From Minisyncoccota bacterium (lineage in GTDB: Bacteria > Patescibacteriota > Minisyncoccia > Phycocordibacterales > JAQTLZ01): 64,000 nt of DNA. How positions within the stretch are numbered: position 1 is the stretch's first letter; each line of letters opens with the position of its first letter. A program made the position numbers and the translations under genes. The notes under the pieces were generated by a model that searched no databases, had not been told where the DNA came from, and worked only from the letters and a program-made list of their open reading frames with translations. Location of the stretch: contig JAQTLZ010000001.1 of NCBI GenBank assembly GCA_028714635.1, forward strand, positions 79,650-143,649. Reading direction: 5' to 3'. Below, piece by piece: positions 37,667 through 46,518 of this stretch.

Positions 37667-39934
37667 ATGTATTTAAAATCGCTTGAGATTTCTGGCTTTA
37701 AATCTTTCGGGAAGAAAAGCACGCTGGATTTCAATTCACCGATTGCCTCTATTGTGGGTCCCAACGGCTCTGGAAAATCAAACATCGCCGAAGCGTTTCG
37801 GTTTGTTTTGGGCGAGCAGTCTATCAAATCAATGCGAGGCAAGCGCGGGGAAGACCTCATTTTTAACGGCACAAAAGAAGCCGGGCGACAGAATCGCGCT
37901 AGCGTAAAAGTGGTTTTTGATAATCGGAAACGTGTTTTGGATATTGATTTTGACGATGTTTCGATCGAGCGCGTAGTTCATCGAGATGGGGTGAATGAAT
38001 ACCTCATCAATGGTTCAGCTGTGCGCCTCAGAGATATTATTGAGATTTTAGCGAAAGCGCATATCGGCTCATCTGGCCACCACATCATTTCCCAAGGCGA
38101 AGCGGACAGGATTTTGAACGCAAATTTAAAGGAACGTCGCGAGATGGTTGAGGATGCGCTTGGACTTAAAATTTATCAATACAAACGAGCAGAAAGCGAG
38201 CGGAAACTCGAAAAGACAGAAGAAAATATTAAATCAGTTGAGTCGCTTCGCCGAGAAATCACTCCGCATCTCACTTTTTTGAAAAAGCAGGTTGAGAAGG
38301 TTGAGAAAGCGCTGGTGATGAAAGATGAGCTCACGAATCTGTATCTCGAATATTTCAAACGAGAAGATGCATATTTGAAACATGAAAAAAAGACTTTGGG
38401 AGATGCAAAGCGTGGCCCGACTGAAGCTCTCGCAAAACTCGAACGCGAGCTTGGATCTGCAAAGGCTGTACTTTCTGAATCTGGTACTAAAGACAAGAAA
38501 AGCAATGAGTTGGTATCTCTTGAAGGAAAGATCCGGATTGTCCGGGAAAATCTGGATGTTCTTTCCCGTTCGCTCGGACGACTTGAAGGAAATATTTCTG
38601 CGGAAGAAAGGCGTAGAGAGAAAGCTAAACACGCGCTTGGAAATGCTGATGAGAAATTGGTGCATCTCAAAGATGTCGAAGATTTGAGTAAAAAAATTGA
38701 TGAAACTTTGCGTGAGGCAGAGGGAAGTGAAGATCTGTCAAAGGTGCGAGGAATTTTGAAAAGTATCCGAGATATTTTCGCTCGATTTATTTCAGACAAA
38801 AAACAAGGAGGTGCGCCGAAAGAAATTGAAGATGCCGAGGCTGAATTAACACGGCTGAATTCTGAAAAGAAGGGCATCGAAGTAGAGATCGAAAAAGACA
38901 AAAAGGAAGAAGCGGGGTATCACAAAGCTTACGAAACGCTCAAAAATGACATTGAAAAGGAAAAAGATTCGAGCCGGGATGCCGAGAAAGCGATTTTCAA
39001 GATCATGGCCGAGCAGAATCAGATTCATGGGGAACTCAGCGTACTTAAGGTGCGGGAAGAACTGTATCATCATGATGAAGAAGATTTTAAGCGTGAACTT
39101 GGGGAAGCGGGGCATCTTGTGGGGCGGGCAATTGTTGAGTACGAAAATTTCAAAATAGAGGGAGAGGTGCTTGAGACTGAAAGATCTGGACAACAAGAAC
39201 GTCGAAAGAGAATTGAAAAAATTAAAGTACGTCTGGAAGACGCAGGAGGAGGCGGAGCAGATGATATTATGAAAGAATTTCGTGAAGTATCCGAGCGCGA
39301 AGCTTTTTTGACCCGTGAGCTCGAAGATCTTAAAAAGTCCTCTGCATCGCTTGAAATTCTCATTAAAGAGCTTGAACAGCGTCTTGATATTGAATTCAAA
39401 GAGGGAGTCTTAAAAATTAACAAGCAATTCCAGGAATTTTTCGCGCTTATGTTTGGAGGTGGAACGGCAGCGCTTGAGGTGGTTCGAGAAGTGAAGAGAA
39501 AGAAAGCTTTGACGGATTTAGATTTGGAAGGAATGGATGAAGTGCCAGAAGAAATGGGCGATCCTGAAGAGGAAGGAAAAGAAGGAATTGATATTTCCGT
39601 AACCCTTCCGCACAAGAAAGTGAAAGGATTGACGATGCTTTCCGGAGGCGAGCGAGCGCTTACTTCCATCGCCCTTATTTTTGCGGTCTCTCAAGTGAAT
39701 CCTCCGCCATTCATTATTCTTGACGAAACAGACGCCGCGCTCGATGAAGCAAATTCAAAAAAATACGGAGATATGATCGAAAATCTTTCGAAATATTCCC
39801 AGCTTATTCTCATCACTCACAATCGAGAGACAATGTCTCGTGCCGGAATTCTTTATGGGATCACAATGGGTTCTGACGGTATCTCAAAGCTTCTCTCTAT
39901 TGCTTTTGAAGAAGCAGCAGCTGTCGCTAAATAA
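37667..39934 (+). CDS. smc: SMC-family ATPase, short form
   Basis: GFKSF, Walker A GPNGSGKS, IISQG, LSGGE, IILDETDAALD, LITH; 755 aa. Confidence 0.9.
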   Translation: MYLKSLEISGFKSFGKKSTLDFNSPIASIVGPNGSGKSNIAEAFRFVLGEQSIKSMRGKRGEDLIFNGTKEAGRQNRASVKVVFDNRKRVLDIDFDDVSIERVVHRDGVNEYLINGSAVRLRDIIEILAKAHIGSSGHHIISQGEADRILNANLKERREMVEDALGLKIYQYKRAESERKLEKTEENIKSVESLRREITPHLTFLKKQVEKVEKALVMKDELTNLYLEYFKREDAYLKHEKKTLGDAKRGPTEALAKLERELGSAKAVLSESGTKDKKSNELVSLEGKIRIVRENLDVLSRSLGRLEGNISAEERRREKAKHALGNADEKLVHLKDVEDLSKKIDETLREAEGSEDLSKVRGILKSIRDIFARFISDKKQGGAPKEIEDAEAELTRLNSEKKGIEVEIEKDKKEEAGYHKAYETLKNDIEKEKDSSRDAEKAIFKIMAEQNQIHGELSVLKVREELYHHDEEDFKRELGEAGHLVGRAIVEYENFKIEGEVLETERSGQQERRKRIEKIKVRLEDAGGGGADDIMKEFREVSEREAFLTRELEDLKKSSASLEILIKELEQRLDIEFKEGVLKINKQFQEFFALMFGGGTAALEVVREVKRKKALTDLDLEGMDEVPEEMGDPEEEGKEGIDISVTLPHKKVKGLTMLSGGERALTSIALIFAVSQVNPPPFIILDETDAALDEANSKKYGDMIENLSKYSQLILITHNRETMSRAGILYGITMGSDGISKLLSIAFEEAAAVAK

Positions 39935-39976
39935 TACTCGCTTTTAGGCCCAAAATCGGCTAGAATCTACGCCTAA

Positions 39977-41551
39977 ATGTTTTCACCTGCTATACAAAGG
40001 CTTGTAGACGATCTTAAGCACCAGTCGGGGAAAACTGGCTCTTTCGGTGGTTCTAGCGATGCTTTTATTAAGGTCAATAAATTAACGGGAAAAGCCGGCG
40101 CTTTTTATGAAAAAGTGCGCTATTTTGTTGATTATAAAGAAGAACATACGATTCGCCGTTCTGCAATCGAAAGAATCATCAAGCGAAAAGTGATGATCGA
40201 GATCGATAATAACGTCGGTCTTTCTCTTCTCGAAGAGTTGGTTGGCGGGGGATATTTGCCGAACGATCGCGTGGGCGCGGATGTTGCAAAAGACATTCAG
40301 CGAATCTTGAATAGATTTCTTATCGTCAAAAAACATATTGGCCCAAAACTGCTTCGGAATTTGAAATTAAAAAGCCGTCTCATTAATCTCGCAGCAACCG
40401 AAATAGATCTCTTCTTGTTTCCGCGTCCCAACGACAATCTTCTTGTCGAGGCTTTTTATTCGACTGTCAAAGGCTCAATAAAATATTCAGGCGAGCTTTC
40501 CAATATGCAATTCGGCAGACAACTTTATATTGCGTGCCGTCGCCTGCTTCTTCAAGATGATGATCCGACTGTCTTTTATGCGCTTTGGCTGAAATCTGTC
40601 CCGGAATGGCCGGTTATTTCCAGTGAAGCGGATTTGCAAAAACTGAACATCGATTTTTTCGTGCTCATCAAAAATATTATCCTTGAAATCGAAGATCCTA
40701 TCCGTTTTCAGATCCAAGCGAAGCTTCGAAATCACGGGCTCTATTTTTCGGTGCTCAAAGAAATTATCGATAAATACGGCGCTGAAAGCGAGCAGGTTTT
40801 GTCCGATAAGCACCATCTTGACGGCGATATTTCTGAAGTTCTCGATAAAAAATACAAAAAAGAAAATAACCGCATCAAAAAAAGCGGGAAGCGCGCTATC
40901 GTATATGTTTTTTGCACTAAAATCATTCTGGCATTTCTCCTTGAGTTGCCGTATGAACTTTTCTACATCCACTCTGTCAATTATGTTGCATTCGTAACTA
41001 ATATTCTTTTTCACCCGTTTCTCCTCTTTCTGATGACTAGAAATATAAAACCTCTCGGTGAGAAAAATACGAAAAAAATTACCGAGGGAATTCACAAGGT
41101 CCTCTATTCGAGCGATGTGAAGAAAATGTACGTAAAACCCTCAACATCCGGCATTCTTCTCGATACGACATTTTTCTTGCTTTACGGACTTCTTTTCCTT
41201 GTAAGTTTCGGCTGTATTTTGTGGGTCCTCCTGTCTCTCGGATTCAATGTTGTCGGTATTTTACTTTTCTTAACCTTCCTTACATTTGTCAGTTATTTCG
41301 GCCTGCGTATCCGCTACAATGCAGAAAGATGGAGGATTCGGGACGAAGACGAAAAAACCCTGACTCTTCTTTGGAATGTTTTTACTTTTCCGATCGTGCG
41401 AATGGGCAGATGGCTTTCTGTGAAATTTGCTTCAGTAAATGTCTTCGTCTTTGTGATGGATTTTCTTATTGAAGTGCCGTTCAAGCTTGTGCTCGCTACG
41501 TCAGACGGGTTTCTCTCATTCTTGAAAGAAAAACGCGACGAGACGTATTAA
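39977..41551 (+). CDS. Conserved-looking hypothetical membrane protein
   Basis: 524 aa, soluble N-terminal region (YEKVRYFVDYKEEHTIRRSAIERI) and several C-terminal TM segments. Confidence 0.75.
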   Translation: MFSPAIQRLVDDLKHQSGKTGSFGGSSDAFIKVNKLTGKAGAFYEKVRYFVDYKEEHTIRRSAIERIIKRKVMIEIDNNVGLSLLEELVGGGYLPNDRVGADVAKDIQRILNRFLIVKKHIGPKLLRNLKLKSRLINLAATEIDLFLFPRPNDNLLVEAFYSTVKGSIKYSGELSNMQFGRQLYIACRRLLLQDDDPTVFYALWLKSVPEWPVISSEADLQKLNIDFFVLIKNIILEIEDPIRFQIQAKLRNHGLYFSVLKEIIDKYGAESEQVLSDKHHLDGDISEVLDKKYKKENNRIKKSGKRAIVYVFCTKIILAFLLELPYELFYIHSVNYVAFVTNILFHPFLLFLMTRNIKPLGEKNTKKITEGIHKVLYSSDVKKMYVKPSTSGILLDTTFFLLYGLLFLVSFGCILWVLLSLGFNVVGILLFLTFLTFVSYFGLRIRYNAERWRIRDEDEKTLTLLWNVFTFPIVRMGRWLSVKFASVNVFVFVMDFLIEVPFKLVLATSDGFLSFLKEKRDETY

Positions 41552-41578
41552 AAATCCCACCGGGCAAGGGTGGGTTGT

Positions 41579-41968
41579 TCAGATTCTGCCCTGAAGGCGC
41601 AGCGTCTCGAATTCTTGTTGTGTTATTTTACCTAATGTAAATAAGAGGTAATACACGCTTGACTGATTTGGTTCTGTGCAAAAATTTTCGATGAGAATAT
41701 CCACGATCTCCTGTCGCGTACTTATGATACTTCCGTGTTCTCTTTCGGACGCATGAAGACCAGAGAGGGCGAGTGAGACCATCTCGTCGAGAAGTGGCAA
41801 GGTCCGAGACATTTTCGTTCTTCGGCACTCTTTCGTAATAACCGTGATTTCTTTCCGTAGATCCTCTGCTCGGATCTGATCTCGCAGTGAAGCTGCAAGA
41901 TTTTTTCCCACAAAAGATTCCAAGTGCCGAAGAAGGCGTGGAATCTTGGCAAGTTTGCTCTTGTCCAT
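41579..41968 (-). CDS. Orphan protein
   Basis: GAGGAGG SD before ATG 41968. Confidence 0.55.
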   Translation of the reverse strand: MDKSKLAKIPRLLRHLESFVGKNLAASLRDQIRAEDLRKEITVITKECRRTKMSRTLPLLDEMVSLALSGLHASEREHGSIISTRQEIVDILIENFCTEPNQSSVYYLLFTLGKITQQEFETLRLQGRI

Positions 41969-42031
41969 GTTCCTTCCTCCTCGGCTAGTATTAAAATCTA
42001 TCGAACACAGTGTTTCTGTCTCCACCTTACC

Positions 42032-44056
42032 TTATACAAGAGCAAAATCAAGCGTTTTCGCTTCAAGATCCGCTTTCATGACGCGGAATTTCACGCTGTC
42101 GCCCAAGCGATATTTTTTGTGTTTCTTTTCTCCGACGAGGGTGTAATTTTTCTGATCGAGTTTGTAATAGTCGTCAGTGAGATCTCGGAGGCGGATCATT
42201 CCTTCGCATCGCGTGTCTTTTTCTTCAATATAGATGCCCCATTCAGTCACGCCGGAAATAATTCCGTCAAATACTTGGCCGACTTTATCCTGCATGAATT
42301 CAACCTGCTTGTATTTGATACTTGCTCGCTCCGCTTCGGCAGCAGAAATTTCTCTCTCGGTATTTTTGGTCGCGAGGGATTGGTAGCGAGCAATTTCACC
42401 TGATTGGATCGGCTCTTTATTCAAATGCCGTGCGAGAAGGCGGTGCACCATGAGGTCGGCATATCGGCGGATCGGGGAAGTGAAGTGGGTGTAGTATTTG
42501 AAGGCCAACCCGAAATGTCCGACATTCTGGGTCGAATAGACGGCTTTTGCCATGCTTCTGATTGCTGCAGTTCTGATGAGTCCCGCCTCTGGTTTTCCTT
42601 CGATAGAAGTGAGAAGTTTTGTAAGATCTTTCGAATGAATTTCTCCATTTTTTTCTTCGAGCTCATATCCGAGCGCTTTGATAAATACTGCAAGATCTTT
42701 AATTTTTTCTGCGTTTGGCAGATCGTGAATGCGGTAGATCATCGCGGCATTTGTCTTTCCTTCCGCTTTGTATGCTTTTGAAATAAACTCTGCTACGCCT
42801 CGGTTTGCAAGAAGCATATATTCCTCGACGAGTTTGTGGGTGTCGAGCCGTTCTTTTTTATAAACTCGAATGGGCTTTCCCGTTTCATCGAGCTCGAATT
42901 TTACTTCAGTCTGCTCAAAATCAATTGCGCCAGCACTAAATTTTTCTTTCTGCATTATTTTTGCAAGACGGTTGAGTTCGATAAGTTCTTTTGCATATTC
43001 ACCGCTACCCTGATTAATTCTTTCCTGCGCTTCTTCATAGCTCCAGCGTTTGTCGGAATTTATGATCGTCTTTCCAAACCAGCTTGATTTTACTTTTGCA
43101 TTTTTGTCGATAATAAATACTGCCGAGAAAGTAAGCTTGTCTTCGCGGGGGTTTAAAGAACAAATATCATTTGAGAGAACTTCGGGAAGCATGGGAATAG
43201 TGCGGTCTACAAGGTAGACGGAAAACCCGCGCTTGACTGCTTCGCGGTCAAGCGCGGTCCCTTCTCGCACATAGTGCGAAACATCAGCAATATGCACGCC
43301 GATCTCTGCATTACCGTCTTCGAGTGGCTTGTAAGAAATCGCATCGTCGAAATCTTTCGCATCAACAGGGTCAATGGTAAAAGTGAGCGTATGGCGGAAA
43401 TCTTTTCGCTTTGCTATCTCTGCTTGCGGAATCGGCTTTTCAGTTCTCTCGATATGCTCCGCTTCAGCCTCAACTTCAGGAGGGAAGTCGGTGTCGAATC
43501 CTTTTTCGAGGACGATTGAATGCATTTCTGCATCATTGTCGCCTTTCTTGCCGATTATTTTTATAATTTTTCCTTTCGGATTTCTTTCCGGATCTGTCCA
43601 CTCGGTAATTTCTACCTGCGCTTTCATCTTATTTTTCATCCGCTTATCGGTGCCCGTGTCGGTAATATAAATATCTTTGTAAACTTTTTTGTCGTCAGGA
43701 ATAAGAAAAACAGTGTTTTTGTTGATATGAATTGTGCCGACGAAAGTATTTTTCGCTCGCTTTATAATCCGTACGACTTTTCCAGTTTGTCGTTTGCCGG
43801 GTGCGAGAGGGAACAGGCCGATTTCTACTTCGTCGTTATTGAGAGCAGTATTTAAATGTTCCGGAGCAATTTCAATATCCTCTGCACTTTCTGGGGCGCC
43901 TTGAATTTCAGCATATCCAACACCTTTTGCAGTAACAAAAATACTTCCCATGAGAAGCGGGCCTTTGATTGGAGTTTTGTCGTGATGAGACTTTGAGTGG
44001 GGTTTATCGGTCTTTTTGCCGTGTTTCTCGTGTCCGCCTTGAGTCTTTTTGTGCAT
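42032..44056 (-). CDS. rnr: Ribonuclease R
   Basis: TIDPVDAKDFDDA, VHIADVSHYV, HFGLA..YTHFTSPIRRYADL, C-terminal S1. Confidence 0.95.
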   Translation of the reverse strand: MHKKTQGGHEKHGKKTDKPHSKSHHDKTPIKGPLLMGSIFVTAKGVGYAEIQGAPESAEDIEIAPEHLNTALNNDEVEIGLFPLAPGKRQTGKVVRIIKRAKNTFVGTIHINKNTVFLIPDDKKVYKDIYITDTGTDKRMKNKMKAQVEITEWTDPERNPKGKIIKIIGKKGDNDAEMHSIVLEKGFDTDFPPEVEAEAEHIERTEKPIPQAEIAKRKDFRHTLTFTIDPVDAKDFDDAISYKPLEDGNAEIGVHIADVSHYVREGTALDREAVKRGFSVYLVDRTIPMLPEVLSNDICSLNPREDKLTFSAVFIIDKNAKVKSSWFGKTIINSDKRWSYEEAQERINQGSGEYAKELIELNRLAKIMQKEKFSAGAIDFEQTEVKFELDETGKPIRVYKKERLDTHKLVEEYMLLANRGVAEFISKAYKAEGKTNAAMIYRIHDLPNAEKIKDLAVFIKALGYELEEKNGEIHSKDLTKLLTSIEGKPEAGLIRTAAIRSMAKAVYSTQNVGHFGLAFKYYTHFTSPIRRYADLMVHRLLARHLNKEPIQSGEIARYQSLATKNTEREISAAEAERASIKYKQVEFMQDKVGQVFDGIISGVTEWGIYIEEKDTRCEGMIRLRDLTDDYYKLDQKNYTLVGEKKHKKYRLGDSVKFRVMKADLEAKTLDFALV

Positions 44057-44238
44057 TCGGCTACTATAGCAGAAAATACCTTGTTTTGTAAGGGTTTAAA
44101 GTAAATATTGACATAAGTATATAAAAATGATAATATACTGTTATTGTTGGATTGGAATCCAGCAGGCATCGCATCTAGTCCCGTCGGAGGCCAAAACCCC
44201 GCGGAAAAAGACGGAGCGAAAAAGAAAGGAGTAGTAGC

Positions 44239-44685
44239 ATGCAGATTCGAGTGTACCTTAAGGCGGGCGTTGCACAGAATGAAAAGTTCCGAGACGTTGC
44301 GCCAGGGAGTATTTATTGGGGAGAGAAAAACTTTCCGCTTTCCCGGGATAAATTTGGCAGGCTTTTTTTCACCATGGAATCAGGTGAGTCGATTCCCGAG
44401 GATTTTTTCGAATCGGTGGAGTTTTTCAGCCTCTCTGCCTCTTGGCTGAAAGTGGCTCATCGTTGCACAGGAGAGTACCAAGATGTTCCTGATGAGGTCG
44501 TCCATGAAGAAGGACGAGCCCGCGGTTTTCTGGATCTTCGTCCAAGTGGTAGTGGTCCAGAGTATTACCTCCGGCTTTCTACCCTCAACGGCGGCGACGA
44601 GAATGATCTCGAAAATTTGTATTGGCGAATCCGTGAAGGGAACATCGCTCCGGTTACCAGTTGGGAGGAGAGACAAAAAAAGTAG
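44239..44685 (+). CDS. Orphan protein
   Basis: 148 aa, AAAGGAG SD, upstream TTGACA promoter. Confidence 0.65.
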   Translation: MQIRVYLKAGVAQNEKFRDVAPGSIYWGEKNFPLSRDKFGRLFFTMESGESIPEDFFESVEFFSLSASWLKVAHRCTGEYQDVPDEVVHEEGRARGFLDLRPSGSGPEYYLRLSTLNGGDENDLENLYWRIREGNIAPVTSWEERQKK

Positions 44686-44792
44686 TAAGGTTGGGATACT
44701 GGCCTCGTATGGAAAAGCTTCGGCTCCTACATGCGAGGCTTTTTCATTTGCCCAAATTTGACCTTTCAGGCTCATTTTGCTACTATCTTCGG

Positions 44793-45167
44793 GTGTTAAA
44801 AATCAGATTACAGCGAGTAGGACGCAAGCATGAACCGGTTTTCCGGGTTGTTTTGACTGATTCTAAGAACTCTACCAAGAGCGGAAAGTACCTTGAAGTA
44901 CTCGGCTCTTTTGATGCTCGAAGCCATGAACGACAGACTGTGGATGCAGAGCGAGTAAAGCACTGGATTGCACAGGGCGCGGAACCAACCGACACGATGC
45001 ACAATTTCCTCATTAGCCAGAAAATCATTACCGGAAAGAAACGAAACGTACTGCCAAAGAAATCTCCTATTAAGAAAGAGGAGGCTGCGAAGGCACCAGA
45101 GGCTCCTAAGGCGGAGGCTGCTCCTGAAGCTCCAAAAGAAGAGAAAAAAGAGGAAGCAAAAGCATAA
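44793..45167 (+). CDS. rpsP: 30S ribosomal protein S16
   Basis: GTG start; LKIRLQRVGRKHEPVFRVV..DS..GKYLEVLG..WIAQGAEPTDT. Confidence 0.96.
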   Translation: MLKIRLQRVGRKHEPVFRVVLTDSKNSTKSGKYLEVLGSFDARSHERQTVDAERVKHWIAQGAEPTDTMHNFLISQKIITGKKRNVLPKKSPIKKEEAAKAPEAPKAEAAPEAPKEEKKEEAKA

Positions 45168-45175
45168 TTAAATTC

Positions 45176-45207
45176 GAAAAGCCCGCGACGTTAGTCGCGG
45201 GCTTTTC
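45176..45207 (+). terminator. Intrinsic terminator after rpsP
   Basis: GAAAAGCCCGCGAC-GTTA-GTCGCGGGCTTTTC. Confidence 0.85.
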
Positions 45208-45380
45208 CTTCGCTAACATGTGTGTCGCATTAAATTTAGCTTTTGTTTTTTCTCTAAAAAGGTGTATAGTATGTTTTTAATGAGCCTCGGTATACAGAAA
45301 GTCTTCCAAAAACCAACAAAGCAAAATTCCCCAAAGAATAGTTTTCATTATTTCCCCTTTCAGGGGATTTTTTCTACTTT

Positions 45381-46436
45381 ATGAAATTATTTCTTGAAGA
45401 CGGGTCATCATACGAAGGAAAAAGCTTTGGCGCACCAGTTTCGATGAACGGCGAAGTAGTTTTTAATACGAGCATGGTTGGATATGTGGAAAGTCTGACC
45501 GACCCGTCCTATGCAGGCCAAATTCTCGTCTGTACCTATCCGCTCATTGGAAATTACGGCGTACCAAGTTCTTCTTTGTTCGAATCAAAAAAAATTCAAA
45601 TTGCCGGACTTGTAGTATCGGAATATTCAGAAAATTATTCGCACCACGAAGCGAAACAATCTCTCGCAGAGTGGCTCAAAAAAGCTAAAATCCCGGCAAT
45701 TACCGGAGTCGATACGCGCGCAATCACCAAAAAACTTCGCGAACGCGGAGTGATGCTTGGTGCGCTTGCCGAAGAAGTGCCGAAAAAATTTACCGATCCG
45801 AATGAAGAAAATCTTGTCGCAAAAGTTTCCACAAAAGAGAAACAAAAATATGGCTCGGGCAAGATAAAAATCATTGCTATTGATTGCGGAATGAAAGAAA
45901 ATATCGCACGCTCTCTTGCCCGCGACGGTGTTACCGTTGTTCGCGTGCCCTGGAATTATGATTTTACGAAAGAAAAATATGACGCCCTTTTTATTTCCAA
46001 TGGTCCCGGCGATCCCGCGATGTGCACAACGACAATTGAGAATATCCAAAAGGCGATGAAAATGAAAAAGCCAATCCTCGGTATTTGTCTTGGAAACCAG
46101 CTTCTCGCCCTTGCTTCAGGCGGGAAGACGTTCAAATTAAAATATGGACATCGCTCGCAAAATCAGCCTTGCACGGACCTCCTCACAGGAAGGTGCTATA
46201 TCACTTCGCAGAATCATGGATTTGCGGTAAACGCAAAAAGTCTGCCGAAAGATTGGAAGGTGTGGTTTACCAACGCGAATGATGGAAGTGTGGAGGGTAT
46301 TATGCACAAATCTCTCCCTTTTCGAGCCGTTCAATTTCATCCGGAAGCAGCACCGGGTCCGACAGATACCGCGTGGATCTTCGATGAATTTTTAAATTCG
46401 ATCAAGATTCACCCGCCAAAGTTTTCGGGTGCATAA
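45381..46436 (+). CDS. carA: Carbamoyl-phosphate synthase small subunit
   Basis: GEVVFNT, LTDPSY, SNGPGDP, GICLGNQ catalytic Cys, [13 protein letters not shown]. Confidence 0.96.
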   Translation: MKLFLEDGSSYEGKSFGAPVSMNGEVVFNTSMVGYVESLTDPSYAGQILVCTYPLIGNYGVPSSSLFESKKIQIAGLVVSEYSENYSHHEAKQSLAEWLKKAKIPAITGVDTRAITKKLRERGVMLGALAEEVPKKFTDPNEENLVAKVSTKEKQKYGSGKIKIIAIDCGMKENIARSLARDGVTVVRVPWNYDFTKEKYDALFISNGPGDPAMCTTTIENIQKAMKMKKPILGICLGNQLLALASGGKTFKLKYGHRSQNQPCTDLLTGRCYITSQNHGFAVNAKSLPKDWKVWFTNANDGSVEGIMHKSLPFRAVQFHPEAAPGPTDTAWIFDEFLNSIKIHPPKFSGA

Positions 46437-46516
46437 ATAAAAATCCTTAATCAATTAATCCAATTTTCTATAAAGATTTAATGTGTTACAAGTCATAGTA
46501 GAAAATTTCGGCGGGT
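46411..46516. repeat. Imperfect 16-bp inverted repeats around an AT-rich core (MITE-like)
   Basis: ACCCGCCAAAGTTTTC (46411) vs GAAAATTTCGGCGGGT (46501); 14/16 complementary. Confidence 0.6.
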
Positions 46517-46518
46517 AA

